NCBI GenBank assembly: GCA_965228895.1
Contig: OZ245842.1
Coordinates: forward strand, 1,248,001-1,312,000
DNA: 64,000 nucleotides
Direction: 5' to 3'
Source of the DNA: Alphaproteobacteria bacterium
Lineage (GTDB): Bacteria > Pseudomonadota > Alphaproteobacteria > SP197
In this document: positions 30,821 through 40,281 of the stretch, one piece after another
How positions within the stretch are numbered: the first letter of the stretch is position 1
Layout of the letters: each line of letters begins with the position of its first letter
Program-made: the position numbers and the translations under genes
Notes under the pieces: model-generated
Told to the model about the DNA's origin: nothing
The model's database searches: none
The model's input: the letters and a program-made list of their open reading frames with translations, nothing else

Positions 30821-31660
30821 GTGCTGATCGACTGGCATACCAACCTGTGGCTGCCTGAGCATCTGGGCCCGGAGCAGCGCCAGGAGATGAGTTCGCGTAC
30901 GGGAAAGAGCATTGCTGCCGATGCCGAGGCCCATCAGGCCGGCGTCGCGGCGACAGCCGACAAGTTCGTCGTGCTGACGCTGCGTTGGAACCAGTTGGGC
31001 ATTCACGTGCCAAACGAATTTGTCGCCGAGTACGTCGCCCGCTATCCCGATCGCGCCATCGGCTTTGCCTGCGTCGATCCCCATGATGGCGATGCGCCCG
31101 AAGAACTGGAGCGCGCGGTGGTTGAGCTGGGCTTGCGTGGGCTCAAAATTTCGCCGGTCTATGCTGGCTATGATCCGTGGTCGAAAGAGGCCTGGCAGCT
31201 TTATGAAGTTGCCAACCGGCTCGCCATTCCGCTGCTGTGGCATCAGTCGGCCGCCTACGCGGCCGAGAGCACACTGGAATACGGCAACCCCATTCTGCTC
31301 GACAAAATCGCGCGGGCGTTTCCGGATCTGCCGATGATCATCGCCCATGTCGGCCAGCCGTGGATCGGTGAGACGGTGGTTCTGCTGCGCAAGCACAAAC
31401 AACTCTTCGCGGATCTCTCGGCGCGCTACTACCGCCAATGGCAGTGCTACAACGCCTTGATGCTGGCGCTCGACTACAACGTGACGGACCAGCTTCTGTT
31501 CGGATCCGATTTCCCGATGCAGACCACCCAAGAGGCACTTGATTCGTTTCGCGCCATCAATGACTGGGGCGAAGAGGTGACGCTGCCACGCTTCCCCGAC
31601 GAGATCATTGAGGACATCATTTCGAACCGGCCGTTCAGCCTGATCTGGCCTGATCGCTGA
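30821..31660 (+). CDS. Amidohydrolase family (Amidohydro_2) protein
   Basis: IDWHTN, GLRGLK, IIAHVG.P, LFGSDFP; GGAGG RBS and GTG start. Confidence 0.88.
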   Translation: MLIDWHTNLWLPEHLGPEQRQEMSSRTGKSIAADAEAHQAGVAATADKFVVLTLRWNQLGIHVPNEFVAEYVARYPDRAIGFACVDPHDGDAPEELERAVVELGLRGLKISPVYAGYDPWSKEAWQLYEVANRLAIPLLWHQSAAYAAESTLEYGNPILLDKIARAFPDLPMIIAHVGQPWIGETVVLLRKHKQLFADLSARYYRQWQCYNALMLALDYNVTDQLLFGSDFPMQTTQEALDSFRAINDWGEEVTLPRFPDEIIEDIISNRPFSLIWPDR

Positions 31661-31665
31661 AGCTT

Positions 31666-32571
31666 CTAGCCATCGCTTGGCGTTGGACGTGGCGTTGCCG
31701 AGCTCTCGCGGCGCGCCGTATACACCGCCGCGACGACAATGATTGCCGACCCCACCCATACCCAGATGTCCGGCAGTTCGGCAAACCAGATGGCGCCCAG
31801 CGCGCCGGCAAAGATCAACCGCACATAGGACAGGGGCGCGATGAAGCTGGCTTCGCCCAGGCGATAAGCGCGCAGCACCATGGCTTGCGCAGCAATGCCG
31901 GCCGCCGCGACGCCTAGAATCAGCGCCGCCTGGTGCCAGGTCGGCGTCACCCATTGGGCGATGGCGAACCAGACAGAGAACAACCCGGACGATACGAAGG
32001 TGAAGAACATCATCGAAAGCTGGCTTTCGCGCGCGGGAAAGCGTTTCACGATGACGATCGATAACGCGATGAGCAAGGCCTGAATCAGGACGATCAGGGC
32101 AATCGGGTCGAAACCACTGCCACCCGGCTGGACGATGATGACGACGCCGATGAAACCCGCTGCCGTTGCCGCCCATCGCCGCCAGCCAACCTGTTCACCC
32201 AATACGAAGACAGCGAGGATGGTGACGAAGAGTGGTGCCGTAAAACCGATCGCCGTCGCGTCGGCCAGCGGTATCACGGTGAAGGCGTAGAAACCGATGA
32301 CGATGGCACTGCCGCCGGCGACCGAGCGCGTCATGTGCAGTCTTAAATGGCGCGTGCGCCATGGCGCGATGCGTCGTCGCCACAACAAGGGCCCGATCAC
32401 CAAAAGCCCGATGACAGCGCGCACGAAGGCAGTCTGAAAGGCGCTGATGCCACTATCACCCGCCGCCTTGACAAGCGCTGCGGTCGTTGCGAAGGCAGCC
32501 GCCGCCCCAATGACGTAGGCCGCGCCGCGCAGATTGTCGGCGCGTGTCACCATGGCGGGCGGTACCGTCAC
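31666..32571 (-). CDS. DMT/EamA family transporter
   Basis: Ten hydrophobic segments, PLADATAIGFTAPLF, LGEQVGWRRW. Confidence 0.9.
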   Translation of the reverse strand: MTVPPAMVTRADNLRGAAYVIGAAAAFATTAALVKAAGDSGISAFQTAFVRAVIGLLVIGPLLWRRRIAPWRTRHLRLHMTRSVAGGSAIVIGFYAFTVIPLADATAIGFTAPLFVTILAVFVLGEQVGWRRWAATAAGFIGVVIIVQPGGSGFDPIALIVLIQALLIALSIVIVKRFPARESQLSMMFFTFVSSGLFSVWFAIAQWVTPTWHQAALILGVAAAGIAAQAMVLRAYRLGEASFIAPLSYVRLIFAGALGAIWFAELPDIWVWVGSAIIVVAAVYTARRESSATPRPTPSDG

Positions 32572-32632
32572 AACGGTGATGTCATGGCTGATCGATCGAT
32601 GGCGCCTCTGGCATCGGTTCTATTGCTTGCGA

Positions 32633-33397
32633 TCAGGTTGCGTAGTTCGACCCGTTCCGCTCCAGCACACGCTTCAAGGCGTCAAAATGCAGATGTGCTG
32701 AACGGGCGCGATGGCCGCCATGCACCTCATTTTGAATCCGGTTCAAGACGTCCCCGGGGATCGGGGCAAAGGCGTTCCCCGAGCTTGCGACCCGGTATTG
32801 ACGCTGACAAACGTGTTCGACGTAGTAGAGGTCGTCGAACGCCTCGGCGACGGAGCCGCCGATTACGGTTACACCATGATTACGGCTGAGAAGCACCGGT
32901 TTTCCATCGAACGCGCGCGCCATGCGCTCGCCCTCGACTGTGTCGGACGCAAATCCTTGATAGTCGTTGTCGTAGGCGACGCGATCGAGGAAACGCAGGC
33001 AGTCTTGATCGAACATCTCGATCTCGCCGCCATCGCTATCGGCCAGCCAGTTGCAATAGGGCGGGTGAGCATGCAGCACGCAGGTCGCTTCGGGAATCAG
33101 TTCGTGGATCTTCGAGTGGATGCAGAACGCCGTCGTCTCGATAGGACCATCGCCTTCGACCACCGCACCCTCACGGTCGACCACGATCAGGTTGGACGCG
33201 GTGATTTCCGACATCAACAGGCCGTGCGGCTTCACCAGGAACTGGTCGTCGGCGCCGGGCACCGTCAGCGTGAAATGATTCCAGATGCCGTCGTCAAACC
33301 CAAAATGGCTGGCCAGCTGGTAGGCGGCTGCGAGATCAATGCGAGCCTGTCGTTTGGGGTCGTGTCCGGTATCCAGCTTGACGGCGGTGGCGGTCAT
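32633..33397 (-). CDS. Class II aldolase/adducin family protein
   Basis: RIDLAAAY, NHFT, AFCIHS.IH, CVLHAH, RNHGV; AAGGAG RBS. Confidence 0.9.
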   Translation of the reverse strand: MTATAVKLDTGHDPKRQARIDLAAAYQLASHFGFDDGIWNHFTLTVPGADDQFLVKPHGLLMSEITASNLIVVDREGAVVEGDGPIETTAFCIHSKIHELIPEATCVLHAHPPYCNWLADSDGGEIEMFDQDCLRFLDRVAYDNDYQGFASDTVEGERMARAFDGKPVLLSRNHGVTVIGGSVAEAFDDLYYVEHVCQRQYRVASSGNAFAPIPGDVLNRIQNEVHGGHRARSAHLHFDALKRVLERNGSNYAT

Positions 33398-33428
33398 TGC
33401 AATCTCCTTGAGGTTTCGTCGGCGAAGC

Positions 33429-34274
33429 TCAGTGGCGAATGGTGGCACGGCGCATGACGCGCTTAAAACCCTTGCCGCCCCCATGAGCGGTCAGGTCGTC
33501 GTTCAACGCGTTGTGCATCGTACAACGATTATCCCAAATGGCGATGGCGCCGGGCTGCCAGCGAAATCGGCAGCAGAATTCGTCGCGCGTTGCATGATCT
33601 TCCAGGTGATCGAGCAGCATGCGGCTTTCGCGCGCCGTCATGCCGTCCAGCTCCATGCAGTAGTCGGGGCTGATGTAGAGTGACTTGCGGCCTGTCACCG
33701 GGTGGGTCTTGACCAGCGGATGACGCGTGATCTGGCGTGTGGCACCGTCCTTGCCCATCAGACTCATGCCTTTGAAGCTCTGCGAGTGATCGGCCGGTTC
33801 GTGTGAGTCATGGATGCCGGTAAGTGCCTCCACCACTGCTTTCATGCCGCCCGACAGGGATTCGTAGGCCAGAACCATGTTAGCGAACATCGTATCGCCG
33901 CCAACCGGCGGCACTTCAATTGCGTAGAGCACGGCGCCGAGCGGCGGTTCGTCGCGAAACGACATATCGGCATGCCAACCGGCACCGAAGTTGCGGACCT
34001 CGCTCGGCATCTTCACGATCTCAATGAGCTCGGGGTATCCTTCGATGCCGTTAACAAAGGGATAGGGTTCAAGCTCGCCAAAGCGACGCGCAAAAGCGAT
34101 GTGCTGTTCCGGCGTTAGCTTCTGGTCGCGAAAGAAGATGACAAGGTGGTCGTGAAACGCCTTGCTGATCTCGTCCCAGACATCGTCGTCCAGCGGTTGC
34201 GCGAGATCGACACCCAAGACCTCTGCACCGATGGCAGTGGCGTAAGGACGGATCTCAAGATCTTGGTGTGGCAT
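33429..34274 (-). CDS. TauD/TfdA family Fe(II)/2-oxoglutarate dioxygenase
   Basis: IGAEV.GVDL, WHADMSF (HxD), GGDT.F, HPLV.THP.TGRK.LY, WDNRCTMH. Confidence 0.92.
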   Translation of the reverse strand: MPHQDLEIRPYATAIGAEVLGVDLAQPLDDDVWDEISKAFHDHLVIFFRDQKLTPEQHIAFARRFGELEPYPFVNGIEGYPELIEIVKMPSEVRNFGAGWHADMSFRDEPPLGAVLYAIEVPPVGGDTMFANMVLAYESLSGGMKAVVEALTGIHDSHEPADHSQSFKGMSLMGKDGATRQITRHPLVKTHPVTGRKSLYISPDYCMELDGMTARESRMLLDHLEDHATRDEFCCRFRWQPGAIAIWDNRCTMHNALNDDLTAHGGGKGFKRVMRRATIRH

Positions 34275-34400
34275 GGTTGTTTGGCATTGCAGCGGCATTC
34301 AGGCCGGTCATGACACGTCAAGCGTGCGACGGAAAACCGTCGATGACCAGCCGAATCTTCGGCTGTCGTCTGAACGAACATCAGCAGGCAGGGAAGGGCC

Positions 34401-36191
34401 TCAGCCGGCGGCCGCGGCCCTTGTTTTTTCGCGAATTTCGTCGTGCTGGCGCCTGCGCGCGACGGCACTGTCGCCGCCCATCGTCTTGTTGAACATGTCG
34501 AGGGTCTCGAACTCGTCCTCACTGGCATTGGTGAGCGCCAGATCCGTATAGTCCCAGCGATCGGATGAGGCCTTGATGCGCCGGTAGATCGGATAGAGAC
34601 GGCCGACGATACGGGCGAACTGATAGTGTTTGGCGATGATTTCCGAGAGATAGCGCGGATAAAAGACGATCGGGTTCTCTCTCGGCAGGTTATGACGTCG
34701 GTCCTTGCGGAACTTCAAACGGAAGTAGCCGCCTTCCAAGGGATGGACGCCTTCATAGGTGACCATCAGATAGAACCACATCATCAAGAAGAACTTGTTG
34801 CCGGGGCGGCCGCGTTTGTGGGCGGAAGCACGACGCAACACCGTCTCCATGTGCTCGATGCTGTAGTAGCTGTCCCACGCCTCGCGGTAGGCTTCTTCCC
34901 ACTCCTGGTCCGACATCTTTGGGTGATGGCTGACCCGGTGGTTAAGGTCGTACTTGTTGAGATCGGGGTCCATCCACGTGCCGGCATGCCACAGTTTCTG
35001 GTGATCTTCAGAGCCGGGCAGGGGCGTCAGGAAAAAGAACTCGAGCAAATCAAGAGGCAGTTCCCGCTTGATGATCTCGATATCGCGCAGGATCGATTCC
35101 TTGGTGTCGCCAGGAAATCCCAGGATATAGCCGGCATAGGTGGTGGCGCCGTGCTCGCGCCATTTCTGCAGCATGTCGCGGTATTCGGTGATCTTATTCT
35201 GGCGTTTCTTGGCCGCGAGCAAATTGTCGGGGTTGATGTTCTCCAGCCCGATGAAGACCCGATTGACGCCGGCACGGGCCGCCTTTTCGATGAAGTTCTT
35301 GATGTTGTGGCACAGGGTATCGACCTGGATGATGAACTTGATGTCCAGACCCTCGCCTTCGCGGAGCTCAATCAACCGGTCGAAGAACGCTTCCCAATCC
35401 TTGTTGCGCGCGAAGTTGTCGTCGGTAATGAAGAAGCGGTTGATGCCCTGTTCATAGTTGTCGCGGATGATGCGTTCGAGATCATCGGCGCTGCGGAACC
35501 GGCTCTTGCGTCCCTGCACGTTGATGATGGTGCAGAACGAACACTGGAAGGGGCAGCCGCGACCCAAGTCGAAGCTTGAATGGGAACCCGCCGTCAGCCG
35601 GATGTGTTGTTCCGGCAGGATCGGTGTCGGTTCGCCCTGGATGTTGGGCAGGTCGTTCATGAAGTTATAGAGCGGCTTCAGGTCTTCGTTCCAGGCATCG
35701 CGGAAGACGTCGCCAAGTCGATCGTCCTCGGCTTCGCCAGCGAAGAACGAGATGCCCAGCGCCTGGGCTTCTTTCATATCGTCGGGCATCTCGGGCAGCA
35801 TCGACATGCAGCCGGAGACGTGGAAACCGCCGATGGCAACCTGCAGGCCGGCCTCGCGAAACACCCGACCCAGGTCGACCGCGCGCGGGAACTGGTTCGA
35901 CTGGACACCGACCAGGGCAATCAACGCCTTGCCGCCGGCGTGCCGGATCATGTTGATGATGCGCTGGGGCCTGACCCGTTTGTTGGTCTCGTCATAGGTG
36001 TGCAGGCGAATCTCGACGTTGTCGCCCAGTGCTGCACGTTCCTGGCAATCTCTCGACAGACCATTCAGACACGCAAGCGTGTTCGAAGGAATCGCCGACC
36101 TGAGCCACTGAATGGGATAACCGTCGTCGTCGTAGTGCGTCGGCTTGATCATCACGACGTGAAAAATCGACATCTCGGTCGATGCAGCCAT
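34401..36191 (-). CDS. B12-binding domain radical SAM protein
   Basis: GRGCPFQCSFC (CxxxCxxC), IGGFH, FITDDNF, FIGLE, YILGFPGD, LTPLPGS. Confidence 0.88.
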   Translation of the reverse strand: MAASTEMSIFHVVMIKPTHYDDDGYPIQWLRSAIPSNTLACLNGLSRDCQERAALGDNVEIRLHTYDETNKRVRPQRIINMIRHAGGKALIALVGVQSNQFPRAVDLGRVFREAGLQVAIGGFHVSGCMSMLPEMPDDMKEAQALGISFFAGEAEDDRLGDVFRDAWNEDLKPLYNFMNDLPNIQGEPTPILPEQHIRLTAGSHSSFDLGRGCPFQCSFCTIINVQGRKSRFRSADDLERIIRDNYEQGINRFFITDDNFARNKDWEAFFDRLIELREGEGLDIKFIIQVDTLCHNIKNFIEKAARAGVNRVFIGLENINPDNLLAAKKRQNKITEYRDMLQKWREHGATTYAGYILGFPGDTKESILRDIEIIKRELPLDLLEFFFLTPLPGSEDHQKLWHAGTWMDPDLNKYDLNHRVSHHPKMSDQEWEEAYREAWDSYYSIEHMETVLRRASAHKRGRPGNKFFLMMWFYLMVTYEGVHPLEGGYFRLKFRKDRRHNLPRENPIVFYPRYLSEIIAKHYQFARIVGRLYPIYRRIKASSDRWDYTDLALTNASEDEFETLDMFNKTMGGDSAVARRRQHDEIREKTRAAAAG

Positions 36192-36310
36192 ATCGTCGTT
36201 TGCCCCGTCTGCCTCAAGGTCATTGATAACACACTGATATGGCTATGACTTCCCTATTCTTGGTGGAGGTAATGTCAGCCGAGGACAACCAACGCTAGAG
36301 CAGATCCGCT

Positions 36311-37027
36311 CTAGAGTTCGAACACCAACTGCATGCGATGCCCGGCATAGCGGCCGATGCAGTACTCGATGGGCCGGCCATCCCGATCCACGTTGATGCT
36401 CTCGGTGTAGAGAATGGGTTGGGCGCGCGCCATGTTGAGCAGGCGGGCGTCCTCCGGCTCAGGAAGGCGGGCCGAAACCCTGGAAAGCTTGCGAAAATAG
36501 TCGTCGACGCCAAACTGGCGCAACGCCTTCGTAATCGATCCGGTGTCCTGATAGGCCTTGTCGAGCCCGCGAAAACGGGTCTGGGGAAACTGGTGCGCGG
36601 CGATGCTGACCGGCCGGTCGTCAACCAGGGACAGCAACTCAAGCAGGACCACCTTCTGGCCGCGCCGAATCTCAAGCGCGGATGCCGCCTGGGCGTCCGC
36701 GGCCACGGGGCCTGCGCGAACGATTTCGCCGCTGGGCTGCCGGCCGAGATTGCTGATGTTCTCAGAAAACCGCGTCCTGCGGCGCACCGCATAGTCGATC
36801 ACATCGTCCTGGACGAAGGTGCCACGCCCCTGTTCGATGCGAACCAGACCGTCGTCGCGCAGCGCGCTGAGCGCACGGCGCAGGGTGTGGCGGTTCACAC
36901 CGAAACGATCGGCCAGTTCGGACTCCGTCGGCAAGCGGTCGCCGGGTTTCCAGCTGCCGGAAACGATTTCCTCACGCATGCGGTCTTCGATCTGCCGCCA
37001 CATGGCAACACCGCTGCCGCGTTCCAT
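36311..37027 (-). CDS. phnF: Phosphonate metabolism regulator PhnF (GntR/HutC-UTRA)
   Basis: LPTESELADRFGVNRHTLRRAL, QGRGTFV, RTRFSEN, DYFR; adjacent to phn genes. Confidence 0.92.
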   Translation of the reverse strand: MERGSGVAMWRQIEDRMREEIVSGSWKPGDRLPTESELADRFGVNRHTLRRALSALRDDGLVRIEQGRGTFVQDDVIDYAVRRRTRFSENISNLGRQPSGEIVRAGPVAADAQAASALEIRRGQKVVLLELLSLVDDRPVSIAAHQFPQTRFRGLDKAYQDTGSITKALRQFGVDDYFRKLSRVSARLPEPEDARLLNMARAQPILYTESINVDRDGRPIEYCIGRYAGHRMQLVFEL

Positions 37028-37057
37028 GGTTTGCTCCGATGTATTTGCCCCACAGAA

Positions 37058-37104
37058 GGTCTATATGATTAGACAGCTTTGGCAAGTTGTCGAAGTATTG
37101 TCAC
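37058..37104. promoter_or_regulatory. phnF / HD-gene divergent promoter with PhnF-like operator and Pho-box-like repeat
   Basis: GGTCTATATGA (37058-37068); TTGTCGA-N4-TTGTCAC (37087-37104) at 11-bp period. Confidence 0.5.
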
Positions 37105-37151
37105 ATGCCTGAGATAGGTTCCCGCCAGGAAGCAGCCGAAGAGGGGTTCGC

Positions 37152-37715
37152 ATGGAGCAGGTGACAGTTAACGACATCAAACGGGTCCTCGAAGCCGAGG
37201 GCGGGCAACGTTATGGCCGCGAGGCGGTCAGCCAGCGCGAGCACGCCTTGCAGTGCGCAACGTGGGCCGAGCGATCCGGTGCGTCGCCTGCTTTGGTGGC
37301 GGCTGCCTTGCTGCACGACATCGGCCATCTGATCGACCCGGATGCCGGATCCGCCGATGATGATGGCAAGGACCTGCGCCATGAAGCGTCCGGGGCGCGC
37401 TGGGTCAGCCAGCTGTTTGGCGATGACGTGTTGGTGCCGATCCGCCTGCACGTCGCTGCCAAACGCTACCTGACAGCGGTTGAGCCCGACTACATGGCGA
37501 AGCTCTCGCCGCAATCGGTGCGCAGCCTCGAATTGCAGGGCGGCCCGTTCACGGAAGCCGAGGCGGAGCGCTTCATCGCTGCACCCTACGCCAAGGATGC
37601 TGTCTTGTTGCGGCGATGGGACGAACTAGCCAAAGATCCGGAGGCGGAGACGCCAGATCTCGACCATTTCGTTCCCGTCCTCGAAGCCTGCATGGCACAG
37701 CAAGGGGCCGCGTGA
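37152..37715 (+). CDS. phnZ: PhnZ-like HD-domain diiron phosphonate oxygenase
   Basis: YGREAVSQREHALQ, LLHDIGH, RHE, LHVAAKRYL, LS..S..SL.LQGG, LRRWDE.AK match the PhnZ/TmpB pattern. Confidence 0.82.
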   Translation: MEQVTVNDIKRVLEAEGGQRYGREAVSQREHALQCATWAERSGASPALVAAALLHDIGHLIDPDAGSADDDGKDLRHEASGARWVSQLFGDDVLVPIRLHVAAKRYLTAVEPDYMAKLSPQSVRSLELQGGPFTEAEAERFIAAPYAKDAVLLRRWDELAKDPEAETPDLDHFVPVLEACMAQQGAA

Positions 37716-38404
37716 GCGAACGCGTCGCGATCTATTTTACGCCTGCCGCCGGCACGCAGCTTTCAGCGTTCGGTGCTGGTTGGCTTGGCCGCGACGTCGG
37801 CTGCACGCGCGATGTATCACGCCGCCATGTCGACGGTGTCGATCCGGCATGCCAGGAGATCATCACCCGTTCGCCGCGCCGTTACGGCTTTCACGGAACG
37901 CTCAAGGCGCCGTTCACATTGGCAGACGATCACTCCCTTGACGATCTCCACCAAGCGATGACGAATTTTGTTGCCGGCCGCCCCGCTGTCACCTTGTCGG
38001 GGCTCGAGCTGAGCGATCTCTATGGCTTCATCGCCCTGATACCGTCGCAACCGGTACCGGATTTGAATGCTCTTGCGAGCGCTTGTGTTGATGGTTTCGA
38101 GCGTTACAGAGCGCCGTTGTCACAAGCCGATCTGGAACGCCGTCGCCAGGCATGCCTAACGCCACGCCAGGACGATCTGCTGGTGCGTTGGGGGTATCCT
38201 TATGTGATGGAAGAGTTCCACTTTCATATGACACTGACCGAGAATCTGGAACCGGCTGTCCGTGGCGGCGTTATCAAGGCGCTTTTGCCGGTGGTTGAAC
38301 CGCTCTGTCGGTCACCCCTGCAGATTGATGCCATCAGCCTTCTCACCCAGGCCGACCGGGCGTCGCCCTTTGTCCTGGTTGACCGGTTTCCGCTGCGCGC
38401 CTGA
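37712..38404 (+). CDS. DUF1045 2H-phosphoesterase family protein
   Basis: R.AIYF.P, YGFHGTLKAPF and FHFHMTLT (two HxT motifs), WGYPYV; GTGA coupling to the HD gene. Confidence 0.88.
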   Translation: MSERVAIYFTPAAGTQLSAFGAGWLGRDVGCTRDVSRRHVDGVDPACQEIITRSPRRYGFHGTLKAPFTLADDHSLDDLHQAMTNFVAGRPAVTLSGLELSDLYGFIALIPSQPVPDLNALASACVDGFERYRAPLSQADLERRRQACLTPRQDDLLVRWGYPYVMEEFHFHMTLTENLEPAVRGGVIKALLPVVEPLCRSPLQIDAISLLTQADRASPFVLVDRFPLRA

Positions 38405-38407
38405 ACG

Positions 38408-38962
38408 ATGAAGCCCGGTGTTCTCATGTTGGTCGTCGGGCCCAGCGGGGTTGGCAAGGATACGTTGCTGGCCGGTGCCCGTCTGGCACTTGACCCCGAG
38501 GTCTTCTGTTTTCCGCAGCGGGTCATCACCCGCCCCGAAAGTGCTGGTGGTGAGGATCACGTCGCGGTGACGCCGGATGTCTTTGCGCGCCAAGCAGCGC
38601 AAGGCGGATTCGCCCTGTCATGGTCGGGCCACGGGCTGAGTTACGGTGTACCGCGCTCCATCGAGGATGACTTGGCAAACGGCCGGCATGTTGTTGTCAA
38701 CGTGTCACGCGCGATTCTCGACGAGGCGAGAGCGAGGTTCACGTGTGTGGGCGTCGTTTCCGTTACCGCACCACATCAGGCGTTGAAATCACGTTTGGAG
38801 GACCGCGGCCGCGAGTCGCTGGATGCCGTGGCTGGGCGACTTGAACGCGCGACGGCGATTGATGTCACAGGCAACGACGTGATCACGGTGGTCAACGACA
38901 GCTCGGTCGAAGACGGCATCGCGCGGCTTGTTGCCGCGCTCAACATGCTCGCGGTGCGCTAA
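38408..38962 (+). CDS. phnN: Ribose 1,5-bisphosphokinase PhnN
   Basis: VVGPSGVGKDTL, RVITRP, GEDH, FALSW..HGL.YG, NVSR, RGRE. Confidence 0.92.
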   Translation: MKPGVLMLVVGPSGVGKDTLLAGARLALDPEVFCFPQRVITRPESAGGEDHVAVTPDVFARQAAQGGFALSWSGHGLSYGVPRSIEDDLANGRHVVVNVSRAILDEARARFTCVGVVSVTAPHQALKSRLEDRGRESLDAVAGRLERATAIDVTGNDVITVVNDSSVEDGIARLVAALNMLAVR

Positions 38963-40275
38963 ATCAGGCGGCGGCGCAGCCAGCCTGAGAAGATATCCAT
39001 CGCAAAGACGACGATGACGGTCAGCGTGATGATGTAGAGCGTGTTTTCCCAGTCTCGTCCGGTTCGCAGCGTCTCGACAAGTTTGAGACCGATGCCGCCG
39101 GCGCCTAGCGCGCCGATGACCGTCGCCGAGCGGGTGTTCGACTCCAGATAATAAAGGGACTGTGAAATGAAGACCGGCAGGATCTGCGGAATGACACCGA
39201 AGCGATAGCGTTGTACCGGACGCGCGCCGGTCGACTGCACGCCTTCGACCTGTTTGTTGTCGATGTTCTCGATCGCTTCGGAGAAGAGCTTGCCGAGGGT
39301 GCCGGTATCGGTGAAGAAGATCGCCATGATGCCGGACAGCGGGCCCAGGCCAAACGCGCGAATAAACACAAGCGACCAGATCAGGCTGTCGATGCCGCGC
39401 AGGAAGTCGAACAGGCGGCGCAGCGCAAAGCGTCCGACGGCAAACGGGTTGAAGTTCTTGGCCGCCAGGAAGGCGAGCGGCAAGCCAAACATCGCCGCCA
39501 ATGCGGTGCCCAGGAAGGCCATGATGACCGTCTCGACCAGCGCGATGAAGACGTCGCCGTGTTGCCATTCGGAGTTGTTCCAGAACTGGTTGGCAATATA
39601 GGCGACGTTCGGGCGTTCGGGATCAATGCGCGGCTCGTGTAGCGCGATGTTCCAAAGTTCCGCGCCCGACATGCCATGCAGGGGCGACGAAAACTCGAAC
39701 CAGAAGTTCTCCCAGCCAACGAAGTAGCGATGTACTTCGACGCTGTTGCGCAGAACCTGCACGCGCTTGAACAGCACCGGCCGCGCCTCGAATTTCTTTT
39801 CAGAAACGCGCGCCCATTCTGGGATGGGACCTTCGACCGTAACGCCTTCCCCGTCGGATTCCGCGATAATGGGCGGCCAGTCGGGGCTGATGAACGTGGT
39901 CGTGCGTCCGGAAACGGTCACGCGATAGCCGTCGCCCAGGTCGATATCTAGGTCGTTGCCGTCGACGGTGACCCATTCGGGCGGTCCGTCGAAGCGGGTA
40001 TTGCGTTGACCTTCGATGCTGTATTCGGTTTCGCCGTCGGTGAAGTCGCGTTCGACATGGATCTTATGGGCGTAGGAATCGGTCGCCAGGATAACGCCGC
40101 GCTCCAGGCGCGATTCGCCAAGCAGGCTGCCGACGTCGAACTCGATATAGGCGTAGGTCAGATAGCCGAAGATGAGAACAAGGATGGCGATCGGCCAGAT
40201 GGCCTGGCGTCGTGACGCGCTCATCACCTTGGCGTAGGTGCCGTCGATCCGGCTGGCTTCGGCGATTGCGACCAC
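38959..40275 (-). CDS. phnE: Phosphonate ABC permease with large periplasmic insert (PhnE/PhoT type)
   Basis: C-terminal permease core (GKLFSEAIE, ESNTRSATVIG.LGAGGIG) after a long hydrophilic insert. Confidence 0.9.
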   Translation of the reverse strand: MVAIAEASRIDGTYAKVMSASRRQAIWPIAILVLIFGYLTYAYIEFDVGSLLGESRLERGVILATDSYAHKIHVERDFTDGETEYSIEGQRNTRFDGPPEWVTVDGNDLDIDLGDGYRVTVSGRTTTFISPDWPPIIAESDGEGVTVEGPIPEWARVSEKKFEARPVLFKRVQVLRNSVEVHRYFVGWENFWFEFSSPLHGMSGAELWNIALHEPRIDPERPNVAYIANQFWNNSEWQHGDVFIALVETVIMAFLGTALAAMFGLPLAFLAAKNFNPFAVGRFALRRLFDFLRGIDSLIWSLVFIRAFGLGPLSGIMAIFFTDTGTLGKLFSEAIENIDNKQVEGVQSTGARPVQRYRFGVIPQILPVFISQSLYYLESNTRSATVIGALGAGGIGLKLVETLRTGRDWENTLYIITLTVIVVFAMDIFSGWLRRRLI

Positions 40276-40281
40276 TGGTCT

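Noticed and set aside
36192-36310. Cobalamin riboswitch upstream of the B12 radical SAM gene
   Set aside because: The gap is only 119 bp and I found no B12-box or conserved core by eye.
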